A stretch of 32,000 bases of DNA from Zymomonas mobilis subsp. mobilis ATCC 10988 (GTDB lineage Bacteria > Pseudomonadota > Alphaproteobacteria > Sphingomonadales > Sphingomonadaceae). The stretch covers positions 810,001 to 842,000 of the forward strand of contig NC_017262.1 in assembly GCF_000175255.2 (NCBI RefSeq), written 5' to 3'. A program made the position numbers and the translations under genes. Positions 1-9,622 of this stretch are shown piece by piece. Each line of letters starts with the position of its first letter. The stretch's first letter is position 1. Below the pieces are notes generated by a model that was not told where the DNA came from, did no database searches, and worked only from the letters and a program-made list of their open reading frames with translations.

Positions 1-959
1 TGTTCAATGAATTCAGCCGGACGATGGCTAATATCCAGATAAACGTAATTCAGACCTAAACGCTTGATTTCATGGTCAATGGCACGTGCGACAATATCAC
101 GGGGAGCCAATTCATTGCGATCATCAAAATCGGGCATAAAGCGATGACCATCGGTCGGAATTTTAAGCTGTCCTCCCTCTCCGCGCATCGCTTCGGTAAT
201 CAGAAAATGGGTGCCTTCAGGATTATAGAGGGCAGTCGGATGGAATTGGTTAAATTCCAGATTAGATACCCGCGCCCCAGCCCGCCAAGCCATCGCGATA
301 CCATCACCGGTCGCGCCTTTTGGTGCCGTTGAATGTTGGTAAACTTGTCCCGCGCCACCTGTTGCCAAAATAGTGGCACGGCCTAAAAAGCGCTGAACCT
401 TTCCATTCCAGGAATTATAGGCATAGACCCCGTGAATATCGCGGCTATCGGAAGAATCCTGACAATGGCGACCGGATATCAGATCAATGGCTGCCATATC
501 GGGAATTAAACGAATACGAGGATGGGCATGTGCCGCTTTTTGTAAAGCCTTCTGCACCGCCAATCCGGTCGCATCGTCAACATGGACAATACGGCGATGA
601 CTATGCCCCCCTTCACGGGTCAGATGCCATCTTTCGCCGAATTGATTTCCCGGATTAAAAGGGACACCGATTTCAGCCAAATGCTCAATGGCTTCCGGCG
701 CATGTTCTACCACATATTCAACCGTGGAACGGCGATTCAACCCAGCCCCTGCGGTAAAGGTATCCTTGATATGGTTTTCAAAATTATCACCCGCATCCAA
801 GACGGCGGCAATACCCCCCTGTGCCTTTGCGGTTGATCCGTCAGAAATCGACCCTTTGGCCAAAACGGCCACATCAAAACGGTCAGCCAGATGCAAGGCG
901 GCGGTTAATCCGGCCGCACCAGACCCGACGATAACGACGTCGAAAATTTTGTCACTCAT
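1..959 (-). CDS. nadB: L-aspartate oxidase-like FAD flavoprotein, C-terminus truncated by window edge
   Basis: Manual minus-strand translation from ATG at 959: MSDKIFDVVVIGAGPAGLTAALHLADRFDVAVLAKG...AQGGIAAV, a Rossmann GxGxxG FAD motif plus fumarate reductase/aspartate oxidase-like core. Open to window start; absent from the ORF track. Confidence 0.75.
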   Translation of the reverse strand, partial: MSDKIFDVVIVGSGAAGLTAALHLADRFDVAVLAKGSISDGSTAKAQGGIAAVLDAGDNFENHIKDTFTAGAGLNRRSTVEYVVEHAPEAIEHLAEIGVPFNPGNQFGERWHLTREGGHSHRRIVHVDDATGLAVQKALQKAAHAHPRIRLIPDMAAIDLISGRHCQDSSDSRDIHGVYAYNSWNGKVQRFLGRATILATGGAGQVYQHSTAPKGATGDGIAMAWRAGARVSNLEFNQFHPTALYNPEGTHFLITEAMRGEGGQLKIPTDGHRFMPDFDDRNELAPRDIVARAIDHEIKRLGLNYVYLDISHRPAEFIE

Positions 960-1023
960 AAGGTCAAAAGACCTCCATTCCTGATGCCGATTTTTCCCAA
1001 ACTCAAAGCTCGAAAAAAACCAA

Positions 1024-1983
1024 CTATGTTAACGATGCCTCTGGATTATTTTTGGTCAATCTCAAAAAGACATCTTCCAGATCGGCTTCGTGGGTCGACA
1101 CATCGACAATAGCCAATCCGGCCTGTTCAATGACCGTCAATATATCACCGGCGGTAATCTTCTTCTTGTCATAGCGAATATGCAAGCGGGTCGGATTAAC
1201 CATTTCGGCGGAAACATCATGATGATAGCGGGCTAACCAATCAGAGACATCAGAAGGCAAAACCTCCATCGGCTGGCGCAAAACAACATCCATGCTTTTA
1301 TCGCCTGCCATGTCCAAAAGCTCGCGGGTCGGCTGATCCGTTACCAAATGGCCATGATTGATAATGGCGATCCGGTCGCATAATTGCTCGGCTTCTTCGA
1401 GATAATGGGTCGTCAAAACAATCGTGACCCCTTGGTCATTCAGTTTTTTGACATAAGACCAAAGCTGTTGCCGCAATTCGATATCGACACCGGCCGTTGG
1501 CTCATCCAAGACCAGAACCGGCGGCGAAGCCACCATGGCTTTTGCGACCAATAAACGGCGCTTCATACCACCGGATAAAGAACGGGCATGGGAAAAGGCT
1601 TTATCCTCCAAATGCACCGCTTCCAAAAGCTCCATCGTCCGGCGCTTATGCTTCGGAATCCCGAAAAGACCGGCATAGACTTCCAGCGTTTCAAAAGGGG
1701 TAAAGAAAGGATCAAAGAATATTTCCTGCGGCACAATCCCGATAGAGGCGCGGGCATTTAACGGGTCTTGGTCAATATCGAAACCCCAGATAGAAACCCG
1801 ACCAGCAGTTTTTCTGACAAGACCTGCCAGAACATTGATGGTTGTTGATTTTCCGGCACCATTCGGGCCCAACAAACCATAAATGGAACCACGCGGTATC
1901 CTCAGGTTAAGATCAGTGACGGCTTGTTTCCCGCCCTGATAGACTTTGGATAACCCTTCGATCAGAATAGCCGCTTCGCTCAT
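1024..1983 (-). CDS. ABC transporter ATP-binding protein
   Basis: Walker A GPNGAGKST, signature LSGGMKRR, Walker B VLVLDEP, H-loop TTHY. Track ORF begins at 2001; likely start is the internal Met at 1983 (MSEAAILIEGLSKVY). Confidence 0.9.
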   Translation of the reverse strand: MSEAAILIEGLSKVYQGGKQAVTDLNLRIPRGSIYGLLGPNGAGKSTTINVLAGLVRKTAGRVSIWGFDIDQDPLNARASIGIVPQEIFFDPFFTPFETLEVYAGLFGIPKHKRRTMELLEAVHLEDKAFSHARSLSGGMKRRLLVAKAMVASPPVLVLDEPTAGVDIELRQQLWSYVKKLNDQGVTIVLTTHYLEEAEQLCDRIAIINHGHLVTDQPTRELLDMAGDKSMDVVLRQPMEVLPSDVSDWLARYHHDVSAEMVNPTRLHIRYDKKKITAGDILTVIEQAGLAIVDVSTHEADLEDVFLRLTKNNPEASLT

Positions 1984-2000
1984 TCCCCCGCCTTTCAACA

Positions 2001-2681
2001 CTATTCCCGATGACCGAATAAGGCGGTGCCCACACGGATATGGGTCGCACCAAGGGTAATCGCTAATTCATAATCAGCCGACATCCCGATCGACACCGCA
2101 GGCAAAGCAAGATCATGCGCCATTTTCACGGTCAGAGCGAAATAAGGGGCGGGATCAACTTCCAAAGGCGGCACCGACATCAACCCGATAACCGGCAATC
2201 CGGCATCACGGCATTGCTGTAAAATAGCCTTGGTGTCGGCAATATCACAGCCACCCTTCTGGTCTTCTTCACCAATATTGACCTGAATAAAACATTCCGG
2301 TTTTTTCTCGGTGCTTTCCATCGCGCGCCCCAAAGCCTCAATCAAAGAAGGCCGATCTACCGAATGGATCGCATCGAATAATTCGACTGCGGTTTTGGCC
2401 TTGTTAGATTGAAGCTGGCCGACACAATGCAACCGGATATCGGGATGCGCCTTAATCAAAGGCGGCCATTTCCCCAAGGCTTCCTGAACGCGGTTTTCAC
2501 CGAAAACGCGTTGACCTTCGGCAATCAAGGGCAGAGCCGCTTCCGCTGGATGCAATTTGGAAATCGCAATCAACTCGATATCGTCAGGATTCCGACCGGC
2601 AATTTTTGCCGCTTTTTCGATTTTCGCCCGCACAACAGCGAGAGGCGAAAGATTTTCATTTTGAGAAGTCGCGTTAGTCAT
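2001..2681 (-). CDS. YggS/PROSC-family PLP-dependent protein
   Basis: Family-like stretches IELIAISKLHP, VFGENRVQEAL, LHCVGQLQSNK, GLMSVPP, SIGMSADYELAI, GATHIRVGTALFG. Start at 2681 (MTNATSQ) more plausible than 2768. Confidence 0.85.
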   Translation of the reverse strand: MTNATSQNENLSPLAVVRAKIEKAAKIAGRNPDDIELIAISKLHPAEAALPLIAEGQRVFGENRVQEALGKWPPLIKAHPDIRLHCVGQLQSNKAKTAVELFDAIHSVDRPSLIEALGRAMESTEKKPECFIQVNIGEEDQKGGCDIADTKAILQQCRDAGLPVIGLMSVPPLEVDPAPYFALTVKMAHDLALPAVSIGMSADYELAITLGATHIRVGTALFGHRE

Positions 2682-2971
2682 GGCAGAAGACGCTATCACT
2701 TTTTTCCTGATTTCCAACCGATTTTCCCGATATTTCGGAACAAAGCCCGAAAAGTCGGGAAAAAGCACAAAACCGATATAGCATCAGAGCATTTTCCGGT
2801 AAAAACCCAAAAAATACGATAAAGAACAAGGCAAAAAGCCAAATATCCCAGAAAAGCTTCACAAAGCGCTACAGAAAAATAGGAATTTCACCGCCGTTTT
2901 TTCCCAAAAAACAGTGATGTATACCCCTCGCTATTCAGGGATAAAAAATCTAAAATTAAACATAACGATGG

Positions 2972-3517
2972 ATGAATCCGTTTAATCCTTTTATCCGATC
3001 CGAAACAAAGCCTTTTTTTGCAGGAGTCCTAAACCCGATGACCTCGACCCCGACCGTGCTTTTTGTCTGCCTCGGCAATATTTGCCGTTCCCCCTTGGCA
3101 GAAGGGGCTTTTCGCGATCTCGCCCAGCAAAACGGCTTCAAGGTTAAAACGGATTCCGCAGGAACGGGCGATTGGCATATTGGCCGCGCACCGGATAAAC
3201 GCGCCCAAGCCGCCGCCCGCAACCACGGCCTTGATATCAGTGATTTAAGAGCGCGGCAGGTCTCGAAACAGGATTTTCATCTCTTCGATTACATCATTGC
3301 GATGGACGGTAAAAACCTCGCCAATCTCAAAAGAATGCAGCCCAAAGATGGCAAGGCCAAACTCAATCTTCTGCTGGATTACGTCGCGGGGAAAGAAGGC
3401 AAATCGGTAGCTGACCCTTATCATGGCGGGGCAGATGACTTTGAAAAAACATGGCAAGATGTCTCAACCGGCGCAAAAGCCTTGCTTGATTACATCGAAA
3501 ACCGGAATAAAGCTTGA
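2972..3517 (+). CDS. Low molecular weight protein-tyrosine phosphatase
   Basis: Catalytic loop VLFVCLGNICRSP and C-terminal DPYHGG (LMW-PTP DP motif). Confidence 0.93.
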   Translation: MNPFNPFIRSETKPFFAGVLNPMTSTPTVLFVCLGNICRSPLAEGAFRDLAQQNGFKVKTDSAGTGDWHIGRAPDKRAQAAARNHGLDISDLRARQVSKQDFHLFDYIIAMDGKNLANLKRMQPKDGKAKLNLLLDYVAGKEGKSVADPYHGGADDFEKTWQDVSTGAKALLDYIENRNKA

Positions 3518-3582
3518 TCTAAAGGCTAAAAAGAGACCTAACTATTTGATATCTCAAGAATCGCTGTTGCGAAGGTAATCCC

Positions 3583-4413
3583 ATGAATGACCAATCCTCT
3601 GCCTCTGTCGCAAATGAAGCCGCCTTTTTAATTGGCAAACCATTGGTCACGGAAGAACGATTGCATGGGGGCGACATTTCTCAAGTCACGCGTTTGTGGC
3701 TGGAAGATGGTAGCCATGCCGTCGCTAAAAACAGCCCCTTCCCCGAGATAGAAGCCGCCATGCTCGCCGCAATCAGCCAAAGCGGCGCACCGGCACCCAT
3801 GGTTTACGCCACCAATGAAAATTTGCTGGTAATGGAATGGCTTCGCAATCGGGACGTGCTGCATCATGCTTGGGATGACCTCGGCAAAGTCATTGCCCTA
3901 CTTCACAGCACCGAAGGCGCGCTTTATGGCTGGCCAAAAGATTACGGCATCGGCGGTATCCCGATGGTCAATAAATGGATGAGAAGCTGGCCGGATTTCT
4001 GGGGTGAATATCGCCTCCGCCCCCATCTCGAACATATCTCGGCCGATCTGGTCGATAGACTGGAAGAACTGATTGAAGATTTACCGCAAAGGCTTCCGAT
4101 GACCCCGCCTGCGGTTTTACTGCATGGTGATTTATGGGATGGTAATATCTTGGTCGATGATGGCCGAATTTCAGGCTTGATTGATCCTTGCTGCTATTAT
4201 GGTGATGCCGAAGTCGATATTGCGATGATTAATCTCTTCGATCGCGCCAGCGGCTCTTTTTACGAAGCCTATGAAACCTACCACCCCTTAACCCCGGGCT
4301 ATAAAGAAAGATTGCCTATCTATAAATTATGGCCAGCTTTAATTCATCTCAGATTATTCGGGGACGGCTATCGCCCCTTGGTCACCCATCTTCTAAAGGC
4401 TGTTGGGGTCTAA
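3583..4413 (+). CDS. Fructosamine kinase / ketosamine-3-kinase family protein
   Basis: Kinase-like LLHGDLWDGNILV, GLIDPCCYYGDAEVDIAM, NDQSSASVANEAAFLIG N-region. Confidence 0.85.
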   Translation: MNDQSSASVANEAAFLIGKPLVTEERLHGGDISQVTRLWLEDGSHAVAKNSPFPEIEAAMLAAISQSGAPAPMVYATNENLLVMEWLRNRDVLHHAWDDLGKVIALLHSTEGALYGWPKDYGIGGIPMVNKWMRSWPDFWGEYRLRPHLEHISADLVDRLEELIEDLPQRLPMTPPAVLLHGDLWDGNILVDDGRISGLIDPCCYYGDAEVDIAMINLFDRASGSFYEAYETYHPLTPGYKERLPIYKLWPALIHLRLFGDGYRPLVTHLLKAVGV

Positions 4414-4521
4414 CGGGCGGGATCACCGCCCCCGCCCCAGAATCCTCATCAACCAGAAAACGCATTCTACTCCGATAATAAGATAAAAGAAAAACGCCCT
4501 TCATCCTATCCTAACGAAAAA

Positions 4522-4545
4522 GGCCGGACGACACCTCGCCCAGCC
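4522..4545 (-). terminator. Putative Rho-independent terminator for SLR gene 4573-5181
   Basis: Minus strand GGCTGGGCGA-GGTG-TCGTCCGGCC (10-bp stem with wobble) followed by TTTTTCG. Confidence 0.75.
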
Positions 4546-4572
4546 CATAAAAACCTATCAAATAGAACAAAA

Positions 4573-5181
4573 CTAATAAAACAATTTTTGCAAATTCTCT
4601 TTAGCCTTGGCCTCACCCTTATCAGCCGCCTGCTGAAACCAGAATCGCGCAATCCCTTTATCTTGCACAACACCCTGACCAAAATAATAAGCGACACCTA
4701 AATTATATTGAGCGTCGGCATCGCCTTGATTGGCAGCCTTCTGATACCAAAACACCGCTTTCTCATAACCCTGCGGAACACCCGCACCTTGATAATACGC
4801 ACTACCTAAATCATATTGAGCAGCGGCATGTCCTTGATCAGCAGCCTTTTGATACCAAAACACCGCCTTCTCATAATCCTGCGCAACGCCCATACCATTA
4901 GCATAAGCGACACCTAAAGCATATTGAGCCTTGGCATTGCCTTGATCAGCTGCCTTCTGCCACCAAAACACCGCCTTCTCATAATCCCGCGCAACTCCCT
5001 TACCTTGAGAATAAGCAAAACCGAAAACGAATTGGGCAGCAGCATCACCCGCTTCAGCTTTTTTCTGAAGTTCAATGATAGCACTGCCACGGGACACTTG
5101 ACTTGTCCGCGCCACCCCCGCCGCTTGAACAGGCTCAACAAACAAAGGAAAAAATACTGCTACCAATAATATTCTTTTCAT
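4573..5181 (-). CDS. Secreted Sel1-like repeat (SLR) protein
   Basis: About 4 repeats of pattern AQYxLGxAYxxGxGVxxDYEKAVFWxxKAAxQG; N-terminal signal peptide MKRILLVAVFFPLFVEPVQA. Track ORF extends to 5190. Confidence 0.9.
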   Translation of the reverse strand: MKRILLVAVFFPLFVEPVQAAGVARTSQVSRGSAIIELQKKAEAGDAAAQFVFGFAYSQGKGVARDYEKAVFWWQKAADQGNAKAQYALGVAYANGMGVAQDYEKAVFWYQKAADQGHAAAQYDLGSAYYQGAGVPQGYEKAVFWYQKAANQGDADAQYNLGVAYYFGQGVVQDKGIARFWFQQAADKGEAKAKENLQKLFY

Positions 5182-5332
5182 GAAAACCACATTATTTATA
5201 AAAGAACAGAATAATTATTCTACGGCATCAATAAACATAATTACATTAAAACTTGTACCGACACCCTAATAAATTCATCATTCCAATCTTTTTCTATAAA
5301 CCCGAACATTAACACAGTTACTTCACAAAAAA

Positions 5333-5356
5333 GGCTGGACGACACCTCGCCCAGCC
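5333..5356 (-). terminator. Putative Rho-independent terminator for SLR gene 5385-6965
   Basis: Minus strand GGCTGGGCGA-GGTG-TCGTCCAGCC followed by TTTTTTG. Confidence 0.8.
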
Positions 5357-5384
5357 CATAAAAACCTATCAAATAGAACACAAA

Positions 5385-6965
5385 CTAATGAGACAATATT
5401 TGTAAAGCCTCCTTAGCCGCTTCATTACCTTTATCCGCCGCTTTCTGAATCCAGAATCGCGCAACCCCTTTATCTTGCACAACACCTTGACCTTTCAGAT
5501 AAGCTACACCCAAATTTAATTGAGCGTCGGCATAGCCTTTATTGGCAGCTTTCTGATACCAAAACACCGCCTTCCCATAATCCTGCGCAATTCCTGCTCC
5601 GTTGTAATAAGCTAAACCTAAAGCATATTGAGCAGCGGCAAGTCCTTGATCAGCTGCCTTCCGCCACCAAAATACTGCCTTCCCATAATCCTGCGCAGCA
5701 CCCTGACCTTGATAATAAGCATCACCCAAATTATATTGAGCATCAGCATAGCCTTGATCAGCAGCTTTCTGATACCAAAACACCGCCTTCTCATAATCCC
5801 GCGCAACTCCCTCTCCATTATAATAAGCATTACCTAAACCAAATTGAGACTTGGGATTGCCTTGTTCAGCAGCCTTCTGCCACCAAAACATCGTTTTCTC
5901 ATAGTCCTGCGCAACTCCTTGACCAAAATAATAAGCACTACCTAGATAAAATTGAGCATCAACATTGCCTTGATCAGCTGCCTTCTGATACCAAAATACT
6001 GCCTTCTCATAGTCCTGCGCAATTCCCTGACCCAAATCATAAGCCAAACCTAAACTCAATTGAGCATCGGCAAGTTCTTGATCAGCTGCCTTCTGATACC
6101 AAAATACCGCCTTCCCATAGTCCTGCGCAATTCCCGCTCCATCATGATAAGCATTACCTAAAAAATATTGAGCAGCGGCAAGTCCTTGATCAGCTGCCTT
6201 CTGATACCAAAACACCGATTTCCCATAATCCTGCGCAACACCGGCTCCATTATAATAAGCATTACCTAAAAAATATTGAGCAGCGGCAAGTCCTTGATCA
6301 GCTGCCTTCTGCGACCAGAACATCGCCTTCTCATAATCTCGCGCAACTCCATAACCAAAATAATAAGCACCACCTAGATAAAATTGAGCATCAACATTGC
6401 CTTGATCAGCGGCCTTCTGCCACCAAAAGGCTGCCTTCTCATAATCCTGCGCAACGCCCATACCATCACGATAAGCATTACCTAAATTAGATTGAGCAGC
6501 AGCATCACCTTGTTCAGCAGCCTTCTGATACCAAAATATCGCTTTTACTTTATCTTTTGGGACGCCTGCCCCTTGATCATACAAAAGGCCTAAATAATAT
6601 TGAGCCGAAGCATCGTTTTGATCGGCAGCCTTGTCAAACCAAAATACGGCCTTCTCATAATCTTGTGAGATACCTTGACCCGAAATATAAGCGACACCTA
6701 ACTTACGTTGAGCCGAGACATTATCTTGATCAGCTGCCTTCTGCCACCAAAACACCGCCTTCTCATAATCCTGCGCAATTCCCGCTCCTTTTTGATAAGC
6801 TAAACCTAAAACGAATTGAGCAGCGGCATCACCTGCTTCAGCCTTTTTTTGAAGTTCAATGATAGCACTGCCACGGGACACTTGACTTGTCTGCGCCACC
6901 CCCGCCGCTTGAACAGGCTTAACAAACAAAGGAAAAAAGGCCGCTACCAATAATATTCTTTTCAT
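5385..6965 (-). CDS. Large secreted SLR protein (about 13 Sel1 repeats)
   Basis: Tandem 36-aa SLR units, e.g. AAAQYFLGNAYYNGAGVAQDYGKSVFWYQKAADQGL; signal peptide nearly identical to that of the 4573-5181 protein. Track ORF extends to 6974 (GTG). Confidence 0.92.
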   Translation of the reverse strand: MKRILLVAAFFPLFVKPVQAAGVAQTSQVSRGSAIIELQKKAEAGDAAAQFVLGLAYQKGAGIAQDYEKAVFWWQKAADQDNVSAQRKLGVAYISGQGISQDYEKAVFWFDKAADQNDASAQYYLGLLYDQGAGVPKDKVKAIFWYQKAAEQGDAAAQSNLGNAYRDGMGVAQDYEKAAFWWQKAADQGNVDAQFYLGGAYYFGYGVARDYEKAMFWSQKAADQGLAAAQYFLGNAYYNGAGVAQDYGKSVFWYQKAADQGLAAAQYFLGNAYHDGAGIAQDYGKAVFWYQKAADQELADAQLSLGLAYDLGQGIAQDYEKAVFWYQKAADQGNVDAQFYLGSAYYFGQGVAQDYEKTMFWWQKAAEQGNPKSQFGLGNAYYNGEGVARDYEKAVFWYQKAADQGYADAQYNLGDAYYQGQGAAQDYGKAVFWWRKAADQGLAAAQYALGLAYYNGAGIAQDYGKAVFWYQKAANKGYADAQLNLGVAYLKGQGVVQDKGVARFWIQKAADKGNEAAKEALQILSH

Positions 6966-7116
6966 GAAAACCACATTATTTATAAAAGAACAGAATAATT
7001 ATTCTACGGCATCAATAAACATAATTACATTAAAACTTGTACCGACACCCTAATAAATTCATCATTCCAATCTTTTTCTATAAACCCGAACATTAACACA
7101 GTTACTTCACAAAAAA

Positions 7117-7140
7117 GGCCGGACGATATCTCGCCCAGCC
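7117..7140 (-). terminator. Putative Rho-independent terminator for SLR gene 7169-7765
   Basis: Minus strand GGCTGGGCGA-GATA-TCGTCCGGCC followed by TTTTTTG. Confidence 0.75.
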
Positions 7141-7168
7141 CATAAAAACCTATCAAATAGAACACAAA

Positions 7169-7765
7169 CTAATGAGACAATATTTGTAAAGCCTCCTTAG
7201 CCTTGGCATTACCCTTATCAGCCGCCTGCTGAATCCAGAATCGTGCAATCCCTTTATCTTGCACAACACCCTGACCCAAATAATAAGCCTTACCTAAATT
7301 TAATTGAGCATCGGCATAGCCTTGATCTGCAGCCTTCTGCCACCAAAAGGCTGCATGCTCATCACTTTTTGGCAGACCTTGGCCTTTGACGTATAAAAGC
7401 CCGAGATTATATTGCGCTTGTATAAAATTCTGATCAGCCGCTTTCCGATACCAAAAGGCGGCTTTTTCATAATCTACCCCGACACCTCGCCCATGAAGAT
7501 AGGCATCCCCCAAATTATACTGGGATTCCTTCATGCCTTTATCGGCCGCCTTCTGATACCAGTAAACAGCCTTTTCATCATCCTGCGGCCGCCCTCTGCC
7601 ATGCGCATAAGCCTCGCCCAGAACCTCTTCTGCCAAACGGTTACCGGCCTTCGCCCGTACTTCCAAAGAAGAGATCATCTCACGGTCATAGCGTTCCTTA
7701 TCCGCTTGCATCGTTAAAGGCGAAACAGACAGGGACAAAACCACTAAAGGAACAAAAAACATCAA
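7169..7765 (-). CDS. Secreted SLR protein
   Basis: About 4 Sel1 repeats; C-terminus VVQDKGIARFWIQQAADKGNAKAKEALQILSH nearly identical to that of the 5385-6965 protein. Confidence 0.9.
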   Translation of the reverse strand: MMFFVPLVVLSLSVSPLTMQADKERYDREMISSLEVRAKAGNRLAEEVLGEAYAHGRGRPQDDEKAVYWYQKAADKGMKESQYNLGDAYLHGRGVGVDYEKAAFWYRKAADQNFIQAQYNLGLLYVKGQGLPKSDEHAAFWWQKAADQGYADAQLNLGKAYYLGQGVVQDKGIARFWIQQAADKGNAKAKEALQILSH

Positions 7766-7869
7766 ACCCCACGATAAAAGAAGGCCAAAACCGCCCTCTA
7801 TTCCCTCATTTTAAAACGCGTTATTCTCAAAATCACATGAATATTAAGACAAACAGAATCCTTGTCAGA

Positions 7870-8478
7870 TTATCGCACCAACATCGCCAGTAACTTTTGC
7901 GCTTCAGCATCCCCTTGGTCAGCGGCTTTCCCAATCCAGAAAAGCGCTTTTTCTTTATTTCTTGGCATGCCCTTTCCCAAAGCATAAGCCGATCCCAAAG
8001 CCCTTTGAGCCTCAGCATTGCCTTGATCGGCGGCTTTTTGATACCAATAAACAGCCTGCTCATCGCTCTGCGGCACCAGCTCCCCTTTAGCATATAAAAG
8101 AGCTAAATTCCGTTGCGCGTCTATATAGCCTTGATCCGCCGCCTTTCGGTACCAATAGACAGCTTTTTCCCCATCTTTAGGCCTTCCTGCCCCCTTATAA
8201 TAAAGCCCGCCTAAATTATATTGAGCCTCAGCGACAGCTTGATCGGCCGCTTTTTGATACCAGAAAAAAGCCTTTTGGTAATCCTGCGGCGTTATTTTTC
8301 CAAAATCAAAGGCCTCTCCCAAGGCAGCTTCTGCCTCGGTATCGCCCTGATCGGCAGCCTGTTTTAATTCATACAGTTTTTTTTGGGAAAAAATGGACGG
8401 CGTTTTACGCACCTGCGAATAAACAATCTGGCCGCCGACAGACAAAAGCAGCCCTAACAGAATAATTCTTTTCTTCAT
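7870..8478 (-). CDS. Secreted SLR protein
   Basis: About 4 Sel1 repeats (AQYNLGGLYYKGAGRPKDGEKAVYWYRKAADQG); signal peptide MKKRIILLGLLLSVGGQIVYS. Confidence 0.9.
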   Translation of the reverse strand: MKKRIILLGLLLSVGGQIVYSQVRKTPSIFSQKKLYELKQAADQGDTEAEAALGEAFDFGKITPQDYQKAFFWYQKAADQAVAEAQYNLGGLYYKGAGRPKDGEKAVYWYRKAADQGYIDAQRNLALLYAKGELVPQSDEQAVYWYQKAADQGNAEAQRALGSAYALGKGMPRNKEKALFWIGKAADQGDAEAQKLLAMLVR

Positions 8479-8660
8479 AATCGCCGTATAATTTATAAAA
8501 AGATATGTATAAAATAAGCTACGGCAATATTCCTTTATTTTTCAATTTGTTAAACGCCCTATCCGCTTCAATGTCTCTCCAGAAACAAGCATAACCAACA
8601 AAAACGGGCATAAGCTCATCGCCCATACCCGTTATTCAATCGTCAAACAGACTCTCAAAT

Positions 8661-9485
8661 CTATTTATTCATCATTTCCAATACATCTTGGGCATGGCTG
8701 TCGCCTTTATCTGCCGCTTTTTCGAGCCAGAAAGTCGCTTTATCCTTATCTTTCTGCACCCCTTGGCCTTTCAAATAGGCGATACCCAAATTGAATTCAG
8801 CCTCGACAAGTCCCTGATTAGCGGCTTGCTGATACCAGAAGGTCGCCTGTTTCTCGTCTTTTTTGACGACTTTGCCCTCGTGATAAATCAGCCCCAAATT
8901 ATATTGGGCATCGGCATAGCCTTTATCGGCGGCCTTATGAAACCAGAATAAAGCGCGGTCATGATCCTCTGGTATGCCCGCTCCATTCCGATACATAACA
9001 CCAAGATAAAATTGGGCAGGAACAAAGCCTTGATTGGCAGAACGCTGAAACCAGAAAGAAGCCTGCCCATAATTCTGCGTCACACCGCGCCCAGTATAAT
9101 AGGCGATAGCCAAACTATATTGAGCCTCAGCCAAACCCTGATTGGCCGCCTTTTGATACCATGAAACGGCCTGCTCATCACTTTGGGTCAAACCAATGCC
9201 CTGCAGACAAGCATTACCCAAATAATATTGGGCAAGCGGATAACCTTGGTTAGCCGCCTTCTGATACCAGGAAATAGCCTGCTTATAGTCCTGCGCCATG
9301 CCTTGGCCGTTATAATAAGCCGTGCCCAAATCCGTTTGCGCCTTCGGGTTACCGGCTCTGGCCTTCTGTTCCAAAGACAGAGCCGTTTTTCCGGCTACCA
9401 CTTTCGTCGATTTAGCCGTCTGGGCTTGCACCGGATTAGCAACAAAAGGCAAAAAAACGGCCGTAAAAAACAGGAATTTTCTCAT
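8661..9485 (-). CDS. Secreted SLR protein
   Basis: About 6 Sel1 repeats; probable start at internal Met MRKFLFFTAVFLPFVANPVQA (9485); track ORF extends to 9506. Confidence 0.9.
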   Translation of the reverse strand: MRKFLFFTAVFLPFVANPVQAQTAKSTKVVAGKTALSLEQKARAGNPKAQTDLGTAYYNGQGMAQDYKQAISWYQKAANQGYPLAQYYLGNACLQGIGLTQSDEQAVSWYQKAANQGLAEAQYSLAIAYYTGRGVTQNYGQASFWFQRSANQGFVPAQFYLGVMYRNGAGIPEDHDRALFWFHKAADKGYADAQYNLGLIYHEGKVVKKDEKQATFWYQQAANQGLVEAEFNLGIAYLKGQGVQKDKDKATFWLEKAADKGDSHAQDVLEMMNK

Positions 9486-9622
9486 AACAACCGCCCATCC
9501 TCTCAAAAAAGCTGAACTTCTTTTCCTTGAACCTATTTAAGAGGTTTTAGCCAATATTAAACAGCTTTGTCGAAAGAAACAAAAGCCGTTTCAATCCTTA
9601 ATACCCGCACAGAGGAAAGCCC

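Noticed and set aside
688-984. 98-aa minus-strand ORF in the track near the left edge
   Set aside because: Out of frame with the FAD-dependent L-aspartate oxidase-like reading frame that starts at 959 and runs to the window edge.
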